A stretch of 64,000 bases of DNA from Burkholderiales bacterium (lineage in GTDB: Bacteria; Pseudomonadota; Gammaproteobacteria; Burkholderiales; SG8-39), in the NCBI GenBank assembly GCA_049651845.1, contig JBASCW010000037.1, positions 501 through 64,500 of the forward strand, read 5' to 3'. The position numbers and the translations under genes were made by a program. Shown one piece after another: positions 16,647 to 25,087 of this stretch. The stretch's first letter is position 1. Every line of letters begins with the position of its first letter. Below the pieces are notes generated by a model. It made no database searches, had not been told where the DNA came from, and saw nothing but the letters and a program-made list of their open reading frames with translations.

Positions 16647-19268
16647 ATGTCCGAAAACAGCCAGCATCGCACCCGCCGTCAATTCCTCCTCGCCGCGAGG
16701 ACGACCACCGGGGACTACGGCGCCTACGATATTCCGCAGGACGAGGTGCCCATCCCGCCGGCGAACGCGCAGGTGCTGCCTACCGCCTGCGAATACTGCA
16801 TCGTGGGCTGCGGCTACAAGGCGTATGTCTGGCCGGTCGATGCCCCCGCCGCCGGCGCCAAGGCCTCCGATAACGCGTTGCAGGCGAGCTATCCGGTGAA
16901 GCCGGCAACCGGGCAGTGGATCAGCCCGAACATGCACAACATCGTGCGCCGCGACGGCAAGCTGCATCACGTCGTCATCCTGCCCGACGGCGAGAGCGTC
17001 GTGAACAAGAAAGGCAATCACAGCATTCGCGGCGGCGCGATGGCGCAGAAGGTCTATAACCCCGAGAAGCCAACCGCGGACCGATTGCAGACGCCGCTCT
17101 TGCGCGTGCGCAACATGCTGCTGCCCGTGTCGTGGGATACCGCGACGAGCATCGTCGCCGAATTGTCCAAGCACGTGATCGAGAAGCACGGCGCCGCGGC
17201 CTGGGCGGCGCGCTTCTACAGCTACCACTTCTGGGAAAACACCTACGCCATCACCAAGCTCGTATTCGGCTCCATCGGCACGCCCAATGCCGCCGAGCAC
17301 GACAAGCCGACCGCGCAGAACGACGCCGCCGGGCTCGATGACGCGGGCGTGGACGGGTTCTCGTCCTCGTACGGCGATTGGAAGCTGGCCGACGTCATCT
17401 ACATCAGCGGCAACGATCCCTACGAGAACCAGACCATTCTCTTCACCGAGTGGATGGCGCCGGGCGGCGCGAAAATCGTATTCGTCAACCCGCGCAAGAG
17501 CCCGACCGCGGCCTACGCCGAGCGCACCGGCGGCGTTCATTTGCAGTTGCTGCCCGGAACCGATTCGCTGCTCAACAACGCGATCGCGCGCATCGTTCTC
17601 GAGAACGGTTGGGAGGACGGCGACTGGATCGGCCGCGTAATCGCGAGCCGGGAGGATATTCAGAAGGAGACTTCGAGCTGGCGCCGGACGCGGTTCGGGT
17701 TGAGCTTCGCCGAATACAAGGAATGGCTGCTCTCGGACGACGAATACAAGCTCGACAACGCGGCGAGAATCACGGGCGTTCCGGCGGAGAAAATCAGGCT
17801 CGCCGCCGAGATGCTGGCGCGGCCCTTGGGCAAGGTGCGCCCGAAGACCTCGTTCCTGCTGGAGAAGGGCAACTACTGGTCCTTCAACTATCCCAACTCG
17901 GGCTCGTTGTCGGCGCTCGGTCTGATCTGCGGTGCGGGCGGCCGCCCCGGGCAGGTCATGTCGCGCGTCGGCGGCCATCAGCGCGGCATGATGAGCGGCG
18001 CGGCATACCCCCTCGCCAAATCGCCCACCGTCTATCACGACGTCCGGCCCGGCGACCCGGGCGGCGGCAAGATCCCCCTCAACGTCGATGAAATGGCGTT
18101 CAAGGGCAACACGCGCCTGACCTGGGTGATCGGCACCACCTGGGTCACCGCCATGGCGTCGGGGCAGTCGCACCGGGACCGCATCGCGGCGCTGACGCGC
18201 AATCACCCGGCGCAAGTGACCTCTCTGGACAAGGACGAGGCGATCGCCGAACTGAAGAAGCGCGCCGACAGCGGCGGCATGGTTCTCATCCAGCAGGACG
18301 TGTACGCCAACGATCTGAGCGAGTATGCCGACCTGGTGCTGCCGGCCTCCGGCTGGGGCGAGCAGGACTTCGCCCGCGCGCAGGGCGAGCGCCGCCTGCG
18401 GATCTATTCGAAGTTCTACGACGCCCCGGGCGAGGCGAAGGCCGACTGGTGGATCGTCGCGCAGGTGGCGAAAAAGATGGGCTTCAAAGGCTACGACTGG
18501 TCGAGCTCCAACGAGGTCTTCGAGGAAGCCGCGGCGCGCTCCAAGGGCGGGGCTTACGACTATACGGCGGTGGTCGAGTTCGCCCGCAAAAACGGCAAGC
18601 GCGCGCACGAGCTGCTGCGCGAGATGAGCACCACCGGCATCCAGCTTCCCGCGCGCATCGAGGACGGCAAGCTCGTCGGCACCACGCGCCTGCACGACCA
18701 GACCTTTCCCGCCGGCAAAGAGGCGAACAAGATCGTCAAGCAATTCAATACCGCGAGCGGCAAGGCGATCCTGGTCAAGGGCGACTGGCGCATCGCAAAG
18801 CCGGTTCGAGAGAAGTACGCGCCGCGCGAAGGCGAGTTGTGGATGATCAACGGCCGCATCAACGAACTGTGGCAGACGATGTATGACGACCTGCGCAAGT
18901 CCTACGTCAAGCGCCGCTACCCCTCCAATTTTCTGTTCATCAACCCGGTTGATGCCAAGGCGCGCCAGGTCGAAAGCGGCGACCTGGTGAGCGTGGAGAA
19001 CGACTATGTCGTCAACATCATGGGCGAGGTCACGAAGGGCGCGCTGTCCCTGGTGGCCTACGTGACCGACGAGGTCGCCGCCGGGGTAGGCTATACCTAC
19101 TCGTTTTACCCGGGGCAGAACTCGAACACCATTGTGCCGTCGGTGACCGATCCGATTACCGGGGTCTACAACTACAAGATCGGCAAAGGGCGCGTGCGCA
19201 AGATCGGCGAGACGCCCCTGAAGCACGTCGATGGCGGCATGTCGTTCGTGCCGCGCAGCATCGGTTGA
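16647..19268 (+). CDS. Molybdopterin (bis-PGD) oxidoreductase large subunit, arsenite-oxidase AioA-like
   Basis: RBS AAGGGAG 5 nt before the ATG at 16647. AioA-type 3Fe-4S motif IPPANAQVLPTACEYCIVGCGYKAYVWP. SRVGGHQRG, and a C-terminus (GKGRVRKIGE, MSFVPRSIG) co-linear with AioA as I remember it. Confidence 0.85.
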   Translation: MSENSQHRTRRQFLLAARTTTGDYGAYDIPQDEVPIPPANAQVLPTACEYCIVGCGYKAYVWPVDAPAAGAKASDNALQASYPVKPATGQWISPNMHNIVRRDGKLHHVVILPDGESVVNKKGNHSIRGGAMAQKVYNPEKPTADRLQTPLLRVRNMLLPVSWDTATSIVAELSKHVIEKHGAAAWAARFYSYHFWENTYAITKLVFGSIGTPNAAEHDKPTAQNDAAGLDDAGVDGFSSSYGDWKLADVIYISGNDPYENQTILFTEWMAPGGAKIVFVNPRKSPTAAYAERTGGVHLQLLPGTDSLLNNAIARIVLENGWEDGDWIGRVIASREDIQKETSSWRRTRFGLSFAEYKEWLLSDDEYKLDNAARITGVPAEKIRLAAEMLARPLGKVRPKTSFLLEKGNYWSFNYPNSGSLSALGLICGAGGRPGQVMSRVGGHQRGMMSGAAYPLAKSPTVYHDVRPGDPGGGKIPLNVDEMAFKGNTRLTWVIGTTWVTAMASGQSHRDRIAALTRNHPAQVTSLDKDEAIAELKKRADSGGMVLIQQDVYANDLSEYADLVLPASGWGEQDFARAQGERRLRIYSKFYDAPGEAKADWWIVAQVAKKMGFKGYDWSSSNEVFEEAAARSKGGAYDYTAVVEFARKNGKRAHELLREMSTTGIQLPARIEDGKLVGTTRLHDQTFPAGKEANKIVKQFNTASGKAILVKGDWRIAKPVREKYAPREGELWMINGRINELWQTMYDDLRKSYVKRRYPSNFLFINPVDAKARQVESGDLVSVENDYVVNIMGEVTKGALSLVAYVTDEVAAGVGYTYSFYPGQNSNTIVPSVTDPITGVYNYKIGKGRVRKIGETPLKHVDGGMSFVPRSIG

Positions 19269-19279
19269 GGAGAGCCGAC

Positions 19280-20026
19280 ATGAGAATCGCCCGTCAACTC
19301 CTTCTTGCCGGCCTCACGGGACTCGCCGCGCTCCAGGCGGATGCGCAGACCCGATCCACGGCGCCGGCCGTAACCCCGGCCGGCAAGGCAATCTATGCGC
19401 GCGAATGCGCCGCCTGCCACGGCGTGAAGGGAGACGGCGACGGCCCAGGGGCGCATATCGTCAATCCGGCGCCTCGTGATTTCACCCTCAACGTGTTCAA
19501 GTTCCGCACCACGCCGAGCGGCCAGCCGCCAACCGACGCGGATCTCTTCAAGATCATCACCGATGGTGTCGCGGGCACGGCCATGCCCAGCTTCCGCGAG
19601 CTGCCGGAGAGCGAACGCTGGTCGCTGGCCGCCGTCGTCAAGCAGTTCGCCGCCATCGGTGTGCGCGCCAAGCCGATCGCGATTCCCGCCGAGCCGCAAG
19701 CCACGGCGGCGCTCCTGGAGCAAGGCAAGACGGTCTACGGTGCGCTCAAGTGCGCCAACTGCCATGGCACGGAAGGGCGGGGCGACGGGCCTTCCGCGCT
19801 GACCCTGAAGGACGACGCGAAGCAGCGCGTCTGGGCGCCTAGCCTGACTGCCGGCGCCTTCAAGAGCGGCCGCGATCCGAAAGCTCTCTATGCGCGCATT
19901 GCGACCGGGCTCGACGGCACGCCGATGCCGTCTTACGCGGCCGAGGCGAAGCCCGAGGAAATCTGGGCGCTGGTGCACTTCATCCAGAGCCTGTCGAAAA
20001 CGCCCGCCAGGGAGAAACGCAATTGA
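19280..20026 (+). CDS. Periplasmic dihaem cytochrome c
   Basis: Signal peptide and two CxxCH motifs (CAACH, CANCH). Each is followed by the G-TAMP/GTPMP Met-loop pattern. RBS GAGGAG lies upstream of the ATG at 19280. Confidence 0.85.
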   Translation: MRIARQLLLAGLTGLAALQADAQTRSTAPAVTPAGKAIYARECAACHGVKGDGDGPGAHIVNPAPRDFTLNVFKFRTTPSGQPPTDADLFKIITDGVAGTAMPSFRELPESERWSLAAVVKQFAAIGVRAKPIAIPAEPQATAALLEQGKTVYGALKCANCHGTEGRGDGPSALTLKDDAKQRVWAPSLTAGAFKSGRDPKALYARIATGLDGTPMPSYAAEAKPEEIWALVHFIQSLSKTPAREKRN

Positions 20027-20766
20027 GGCCCTGCCTTCGACCCTTGGCGGTCGCGATGGCATTTGGCTCCTGCGCCCTGATCGGAAGCGCACACGCGTAC
20101 CAGGCCGGAAGCGTCGTCGACGGTGGATCGATTCGCGGCACGGTGAGATTCGATGGCACGCCGCCGCCATCGAAGAAGCTGCCGATCAACAAGGACAACG
20201 AAGTGTGCGGCCCCGGCCCTTTCGAGCACAAGGAGGTCGATGTCGGCGCCAACGGCGCGCTCAAGGGCGTCGTCGTCTACCTCGAGAAAGTGGAGAAAGG
20301 CAAAGTCTGGCCGAGCGCGAGCTACTTGCTCGACCAGACAAAATGCGCGTTTACGCCCGCGCTTCAGGTCGTGCGTAATGGCGCCAGCCTTACCATCCGC
20401 AACAGCGATCCGGTGCTGCACAACGTTCACCCCTACGAGATCGTCGGCAAGTCGCGCCGCACACTGTTCAACCTGGCGCAGCCGACACAGGGCCAGACCA
20501 ACACGATGAAGATCGACGCGAAGCGCGGGCGCGCCATCGAACTGTCGTGCGATGCGCACAACTGGATGAGCGGCTGGGTCTACGTCGTCGACAATCCCTA
20601 CTACGCGCTCGTCGGGGCCGATGGCAAATTCGAAATCGGCGGCGTGCCGCCGGGCGAATACAAAGTCATGGCTTGGCATCCGACGCTCGGCACCGTCAGC
20701 CAGACGGTGAAGGTGGCGGCCAAGGGCGCGGCGGACGCCGCGTTCGCTTTCAAACCCGGCTCGTAA
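20023..20766 (+). CDS. Secreted cupredoxin-like (type-1 copper) protein with carboxypeptidase-regulatory-like beta-sandwich segments
   Basis: Signal peptide. Candidate T1Cu ligands are His in DPVLHNVHPY and C-x2-H-x2-M in SCDAHNWM (amicyanin-like spacing). The C-terminal DGKFEIGGVPPGEYKVMAWH is CarboxypepD_reg-like. Confidence 0.55.
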   Translation: MRPCLRPLAVAMAFGSCALIGSAHAYQAGSVVDGGSIRGTVRFDGTPPPSKKLPINKDNEVCGPGPFEHKEVDVGANGALKGVVVYLEKVEKGKVWPSASYLLDQTKCAFTPALQVVRNGASLTIRNSDPVLHNVHPYEIVGKSRRTLFNLAQPTQGQTNTMKIDAKRGRAIELSCDAHNWMSGWVYVVDNPYYALVGADGKFEIGGVPPGEYKVMAWHPTLGTVSQTVKVAAKGAADAAFAFKPGS

Positions 20767-22175
20767 TGACGGGGCAGAGCGACGCGCGCGCCCAGTCGCT
20801 GGACGCTCTGGTGGACGCGCCGCTCGTGCGCCTCTGGCTGCTGTGGGGAATGTTCTGGCTCATGCTGACGCCCACCGTCGGCGCCACGATTTCCTCGCTG
20901 TTCAATTTTCCGGACTATCTCGGAACCTCGCTGATGCTCGGCTTCGGGCGGCTGCGTCCGATCCACGTCAACGGCGTCATCTTCGGCGCGTTCTCGACGC
21001 TCTTCATCGGCCTGTGCTACTACCTGCTGCCGCGCCTGTGCGGCGTGCGCGTCGTCTGGGAGCGGCTCGGCTACGTTCTCGTGTGGGCGTGGAACCTCGG
21101 GCTGGCCGCCGGACTGGCGTCGCTCGTGTTCGGCATGAACCGCGGCCTTGAGGCCGGCGAGCTGCCCGCGTTCGCGTCGACGGTTCTCTTCGCCGCCATC
21201 GTGACGCTGACGGTCCAGTTCACCGCTACGGTGGCGCGGCGGCGCGACGAGCAGCTCTACGTCAGCCTGTGGTATCTCGTCGCTGCCTTCGTCTGGACGT
21301 CGCTCAACATGGTGCTCGGCGTCTTCATCCTGCCGAACGCCATCACCGGCATCAACAGCGCCGCCTTTCATGGCCTGTACATCCACTACATCGTCGGCCT
21401 CTGGATCACGCCCGCGGGCTACGTGCTGATCTACTACTTCCTGCCCGCGGCGGTGCGCAATCCGATCTACAGCCACAAGCTCTCGCTCATCGGCTTCTGG
21501 TCGCTGGCGCTGTTCTATCCGTTCGTCGGCATCCACCACTACCTTTACAGCCCGATCGCGGATTGGGCCGAGACGCTGGCCATCATCACCTCGATGCTGT
21601 TGATCGTGCCGGTCTGGACGGTGCTGCAGAACTTCTTCGGCACCATGATCGGCCGCTGGCAGTCCTTCGGGCGCAATCTGCCGGCGAAGTTCCTGATCAT
21701 GGGCTCGCTCATGTATCTCATCGGCTGCTTCCAGGGCTCGGTCGAGGCGTTGCGCTCGATCCAGCAGCCGACCCACTTCACCGACTTCGTGATCTCGCAC
21801 TCCCATCTCACGGTATTCGGCACCTTCGTGGTCTGGGCCGTCGGCGGCCTCGTCTACGTCTGGCCGAAGATTCACGGCCAGGAGCTCTACTCGTTCAAGC
21901 TGGGCAACTGGTCGTTCTGGCTCATCACCCTCGGCATCTCGACGATGGGAATCGTGCTCTCGGCGCAGGGGCTGCAGCAGGGCTTTATGTGGATGGCCGG
22001 CGTGGAGTGGCTCGATTCGATCAATGCGATTCGCGCCTTCTGGGTGGTGCGCACGCTCGCCGGCCTGTCGATGGATCTTGGCATGACCTTGCTCGTGTAC
22101 AACCTGTTGCGCACGGCGATGAAGTCATCGCCGGCCGCGTTCCCCGCGGGCGCCGCGCAAGGAGCCGCGCCGTGA
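20766..22175 (+). CDS. ccoN: C-family (cbb3-type) haem-copper oxidase catalytic subunit, divergent CcoN
   Basis: 469 aa, about 12 TM. Co-linear with CcoN: RLRPIHVNGVIF (haem b His), GLYIHYIVGLW (CuB His), LFYPFVGIHHYLY (Tyr plus HH with cbb3 spacing) and ISHSHLTVFG (haem b3/b His pair). Confidence 0.85.
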   Translation: MTGQSDARAQSLDALVDAPLVRLWLLWGMFWLMLTPTVGATISSLFNFPDYLGTSLMLGFGRLRPIHVNGVIFGAFSTLFIGLCYYLLPRLCGVRVVWERLGYVLVWAWNLGLAAGLASLVFGMNRGLEAGELPAFASTVLFAAIVTLTVQFTATVARRRDEQLYVSLWYLVAAFVWTSLNMVLGVFILPNAITGINSAAFHGLYIHYIVGLWITPAGYVLIYYFLPAAVRNPIYSHKLSLIGFWSLALFYPFVGIHHYLYSPIADWAETLAIITSMLLIVPVWTVLQNFFGTMIGRWQSFGRNLPAKFLIMGSLMYLIGCFQGSVEALRSIQQPTHFTDFVISHSHLTVFGTFVVWAVGGLVYVWPKIHGQELYSFKLGNWSFWLITLGISTMGIVLSAQGLQQGFMWMAGVEWLDSINAIRAFWVVRTLAGLSMDLGMTLLVYNLLRTAMKSSPAAFPAGAAQGAAP

Positions 22176-23869
22176 GAATGAGCGCGCGCAACGTGGCGCT
22201 GGTGGCGGGTCTCTTCTTTATCACGCTCGCTACGTTCACCCAGGGGCTGCTGCCGATGCTGGAGCCCCAGTCGCGCACCACCCGGGTCACGGCGGTGGTG
22301 CGCACCGAGCTGGGTGAGCTGAAGTGGACGCATGCCAACGCCACCGACTACACCCCGCTCGAGGCCGAGGGCCGCAAGATCTACATCCGCGAGGGCTGTT
22401 CGTATTGCCACTCGCAGTACGTGCGGCCGGTGACGGGCGAGACGCGGCGCTGGGGGCCGGTGAGCCAGGCCGGCGAGTACGCGTTCGATCTGCCGCACCT
22501 TTTCTCGACGCGGCGCATCGGGCCTGATTTGACGCGCGTCGGCCTCAAGGTCAGCGACGAATGGCACCTGGCCCATTTCTGGGACCCGCGCATGATCGTT
22601 CCAGATTCGATCATGCCGCGCTTCGCGGGGCTCTTCGACAGCCCGAAGGCGAAGGTCCGCGTGGTGACGGACGCGGCCGGACTGCGCAGCCTCGAGCGCA
22701 CCGAGGTCACGCAGGCATTCTTCGATTTCTCGAAAGCCGCGGACCCGCGGGCGCGGCTCATGCTCACGCCGAGCCCCGCAGGGCTGCTGTTCGTCCCCGA
22801 GCGTGCAAGGTACCCGGTCATTCATACGCCGAACCAGGAATTCAAGGGCAACGCGGTGAGGCTGGTCGTGATCACCGACGAACTCAAGGCGCTGATTGCC
22901 TATGTGCAAAAGCTCGGCATGAACCGGGGCAAATGGCGCGATCTGTTCGAGCCGCAGTCGTTCGAGGTGTCGCAAGTCAACATGCATCGATCCGAGGAGT
23001 GGATCGGCTACGGCAAGCAGGAGTACGCGCGGCGTTGCGCCGGCTGCCATGGCGTGGACGGCGACGGCAACGGCCCGGCGGCCACCTTCATGTACAAGAC
23101 CCGGCCGCGCGATTTCACCAAGGGGGTGTTCAAGTTCCGCGACACGCCGTCCAGCTCGCTGCCGACTGACGGCGACCTGCTGCGCACGATGACGCGGGGG
23201 GTGCGCGGCACGGCAATGCCCCCGTGGCACGAGCTTCCGCAGAACGCGCGCCTCGCGCTGCTGCAACACCTCAAGCACGAGCTGGCGGTCGATCGCAGCG
23301 ATCCGGGCAAGCCGTTCGCCTACTTCCAGGAAGATCGCCCCCAGCCTCCCATTCCTATCGGCGAACCGCCCGTCCCATCCGCGGAGATCCTCGCGCGCGG
23401 TGCCGCGATCTGGAAAAGCGCCAAATGCTGGGAGTGCCACGGCGGCGCGGGCAAAGGCGATGGCGAGAAAGCGGCCGGCTTGCTCGATGACGCCAAGTTT
23501 CCCATCCCGCCCGCCAACCTCAGCACCGGCCAGCTCAAGTCGGGCCCGCATGTGCGCGATATTTTCCGCACCATCTCGACCGGCTTGAGCGGCACGCCGA
23601 TGCCGTCCTACGCCGATTCGTTCAGTGAAGAAGAGCGCTGGGCGCTCTCTTACTACGTGCTGTCGCTTTCGGCCTTTCTCGATCCGCTGACGCAGAAGCC
23701 CCTGCCGCTTTCGCCTGCGGACAGGAAGGAGCTCAACGATGCAAGCACCAAGGCGGACTCCTCCGAGAAGGCCTACCGGCCGCAGCTCCTCGGCCCGGCC
23801 GAAGGACCGGGCAGCGCCTATGCCAAGCGGCGCGGCATCGAGCAGCCGGGGGTGTCGTGGAAGAAGTAA
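22172..23869 (+). CDS. Fusion of CcoO-like monohaem subunit with a CcoP-like dihaem cytochrome c domain
   Basis: N-terminal TM anchor plus the CcoO signature GRKIYIREGCSYCHSQYVRP, RRIGPDLTRVGLKVSDEWHLAHFWDPR, SIMPRF. The C-terminal half has two more haem motifs (CAGCH, CWECH) and resembles the cytochrome at 19280-20026. The GTG at 22172 follows AAGGAG, and an ATG at 22178 is an alternative start. Confidence 0.85.
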   Translation: MRMSARNVALVAGLFFITLATFTQGLLPMLEPQSRTTRVTAVVRTELGELKWTHANATDYTPLEAEGRKIYIREGCSYCHSQYVRPVTGETRRWGPVSQAGEYAFDLPHLFSTRRIGPDLTRVGLKVSDEWHLAHFWDPRMIVPDSIMPRFAGLFDSPKAKVRVVTDAAGLRSLERTEVTQAFFDFSKAADPRARLMLTPSPAGLLFVPERARYPVIHTPNQEFKGNAVRLVVITDELKALIAYVQKLGMNRGKWRDLFEPQSFEVSQVNMHRSEEWIGYGKQEYARRCAGCHGVDGDGNGPAATFMYKTRPRDFTKGVFKFRDTPSSSLPTDGDLLRTMTRGVRGTAMPPWHELPQNARLALLQHLKHELAVDRSDPGKPFAYFQEDRPQPPIPIGEPPVPSAEILARGAAIWKSAKCWECHGGAGKGDGEKAAGLLDDAKFPIPPANLSTGQLKSGPHVRDIFRTISTGLSGTPMPSYADSFSEEERWALSYYVLSLSAFLDPLTQKPLPLSPADRKELNDASTKADSSEKAYRPQLLGPAEGPGSAYAKRRGIEQPGVSWKK

Positions 23870-24015
23870 CGGCGCTTCAGTTCCTCGTCGCCCTGTTCAT
23901 GAGCCTGGCAGGACTGTGTGCCTTCGTCTGGGCCGTCCTCTCGGGCCAGTTCGTCGGCATCGAGGACGCCAAGCATCACGCCTATTCCAGGGAGGTGACC
24001 GAGCATGGCGAATGA
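23857..24015 (+). CDS. ccoS: CcoS/FixS-like cbb3 oxidase maturation mini-protein
   Basis: 52 aa, not in the ORF track (too short), with a GTG start overlapping the previous stop. One TM helix followed by FVWAVLSGQFVGIEDAKHH, matching the CcoS pattern (A-F-x-W-A-x-x-x-G-Q-F-D-D-x-E). Confidence 0.6.
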   Translation: MEEVTALQFLVALFMSLAGLCAFVWAVLSGQFVGIEDAKHHAYSREVTEHGE

Positions 24016-24181
24016 CGTTCCGCCGCATGAAGCGGTCGAGAAATACGCCGACGGCGATATCGAGGTGCGCCACGGCCGGGTCGATCATTGGCTGGTCCTG
24101 GTCTATGCCGTGCTGTTCGTGTGGGCGATCTATTACGGGTTCGAGTTCTGGGGCGGCCTCGGCCCCGGCCTCGACTATTAG
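24005..24181 (+). CDS. Mini membrane protein resembling the N-terminal anchor of CcoP (FixP_N-like)
   Basis: 58 aa: MANDVPPHEAVEKYADGDIEVRHGRVDHWLVLVYAVLFVWAIYYGFEFWGG. The D-G-I-x-E, W and aromatic-rich helix pattern resembles the CcoP N-terminal domain. It overlaps ccoS by 11 nt. Confidence 0.4.
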   Translation: MANDVPPHEAVEKYADGDIEVRHGRVDHWLVLVYAVLFVWAIYYGFEFWGGLGPGLDY

Positions 24182-24190
24182 GGTGCCGCG

Positions 24191-24289
24191 ATGAACGGTG
24201 TCAGCGTGCTGATGGCGATCACGATCGCGAACGGAATGTTCCTGCTGCTGGAGCTGGCCCTGAACGTATTCGGCTCCCTGTTTGGCTGA
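24191..24289 (+). CDS. Hypothetical 32-aa single-helix ORF
   Basis: MNGVSVLMAITIANGMFLLLELALNVFGSLFG fits exactly between neighbours. Support comes only from position and hydrophobicity. Confidence 0.2.
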   Translation: MNGVSVLMAITIANGMFLLLELALNVFGSLFG

Positions 24290-24290
24290 G

Positions 24291-24383
24291 ATGTCGCTCC
24301 CGGAGGCGATCGCGTTCGCGGTTTTCCTGGTGATGACCCCGGCGTTTTTCGCCTGGGTCGCTTACCTGGCGATCCGCAAGTAG
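24291..24383 (+). CDS. Hypothetical 30-aa single-helix ORF
   Basis: MSLPEAIAFAVFLVMTPAFFAWVAYLAIRK starts 1 nt after the previous stop. Support comes only from position and hydrophobicity. Confidence 0.2.
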   Translation: MSLPEAIAFAVFLVMTPAFFAWVAYLAIRK

Positions 24384-24390
24384 CGCAACG

Positions 24391-25086
24391 ATGCCGGCAC
24401 TCGGCTACGCGCTGACTTTTGTCGCCGGCGTGGCGGGCAGCCTCCACTGCATCGGCATGTGCGGTGGTTTTACCTGCGCGTTGCGCGGCGCGTCGCGCGA
24501 CAGCGCCGCCTGGCTGCCGCGGCAGCTTCTCTACAACTGCGGGCGCGTCACGACCTATGCGTTTCTCGGCGCGCTCGCCGGCGCGCTCGGCCGGAGCCTG
24601 CATGGCCGGCTCGACCTGGCGCAGCGCTCGCTCTCCGTGCTCGCCGGTCTGCTCATGGTGGTGATGGCGCTGCAGCTTTCCGGTTTTCTTGGCCGGCGGC
24701 ACGGTACCGGCGGTTTCGCTACCCTGAATTTCACAGCCGCACTGGGCGGCCTGGTGCGAACGCCGCATGCGGCGGGGCCGCTCGCGCTGGGTGTGGCCAA
24801 CGGTTTCCTGCCCTGTCCCCTGGTCTACGCCTTCGCGCTGCAGGCGGCCGCGGCGGGCGGCCCGGTGCCGGGCGCCTTGATCATGGCGGCGTTCGGGCTC
24901 GGCACCTTTCCCGCCATGTTTCTGATGGCGGGCCTCGGCGGATGGATCGGCGCCGTCTGGCGCCGTCGCGGGGTGCGCCTCGCTGCCGTGTTCATCCTGC
25001 TGCTCGGGATTGGAACGACCGTGCGCGGACTGCTGCCGGCCGAGGCGTTGCACGGCCCGTCTGGCGCCCATTCGCATCCCATGTGA
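24391..25086 (+). CDS. DsbD_2/TauE-like membrane protein with HCxGMCGG motif
   Basis: 231 aa, about 6 TM, with SLHCIGMCGGF in the first helix. This type is commonly found beside CcoI-class ATPases. Confidence 0.55.
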   Translation: MPALGYALTFVAGVAGSLHCIGMCGGFTCALRGASRDSAAWLPRQLLYNCGRVTTYAFLGALAGALGRSLHGRLDLAQRSLSVLAGLLMVVMALQLSGFLGRRHGTGGFATLNFTAALGGLVRTPHAAGPLALGVANGFLPCPLVYAFALQAAAAGGPVPGALIMAAFGLGTFPAMFLMAGLGGWIGAVWRRRGVRLAAVFILLLGIGTTVRGLLPAEALHGPSGAHSHPM

Positions 25087-25087
25087 C

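Noticed and set aside
16548-19226. 892-aa minus-strand ORF covering the whole AioA-like gene. Similar long antisense ORFs occur at 1284-2471, 5109-6500, 20601-21875, 21887-23551, 24992-26320, 36552-37919, 42675-43904 and 47984-49432.
   Set aside because: They lie antisense to genes with clear family signatures and are dominated by Arg/Ala/Gly/Pro with no recognisable motifs. This is expected for stop-poor frames in high-GC DNA, so I treat them as shadow ORFs.
16045-19268. Iodate reductase (IdrAB) as the identity of the Aio-like enzyme
   Set aside because: Described idr loci carry cytochrome c peroxidase genes (idrP1/P2) next to idrAB. No CCP-like gene is present here, and the partners are instead a cytochrome c, a cupredoxin and an oxidase, which points to substrate oxidation. 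This is not excluded without phylogeny.
20766-22175. Nitric oxide reductase (NOR-type) as the identity of the haem-copper subunit
   Set aside because: The helix-VII Tyr is present at the cbb3 spacing before the HH CuB ligands, the partner subunit is CcoO-like, and the CcoS and CcoI assembly genes follow. All of these are traits of O2-reducing C-family enzymes.
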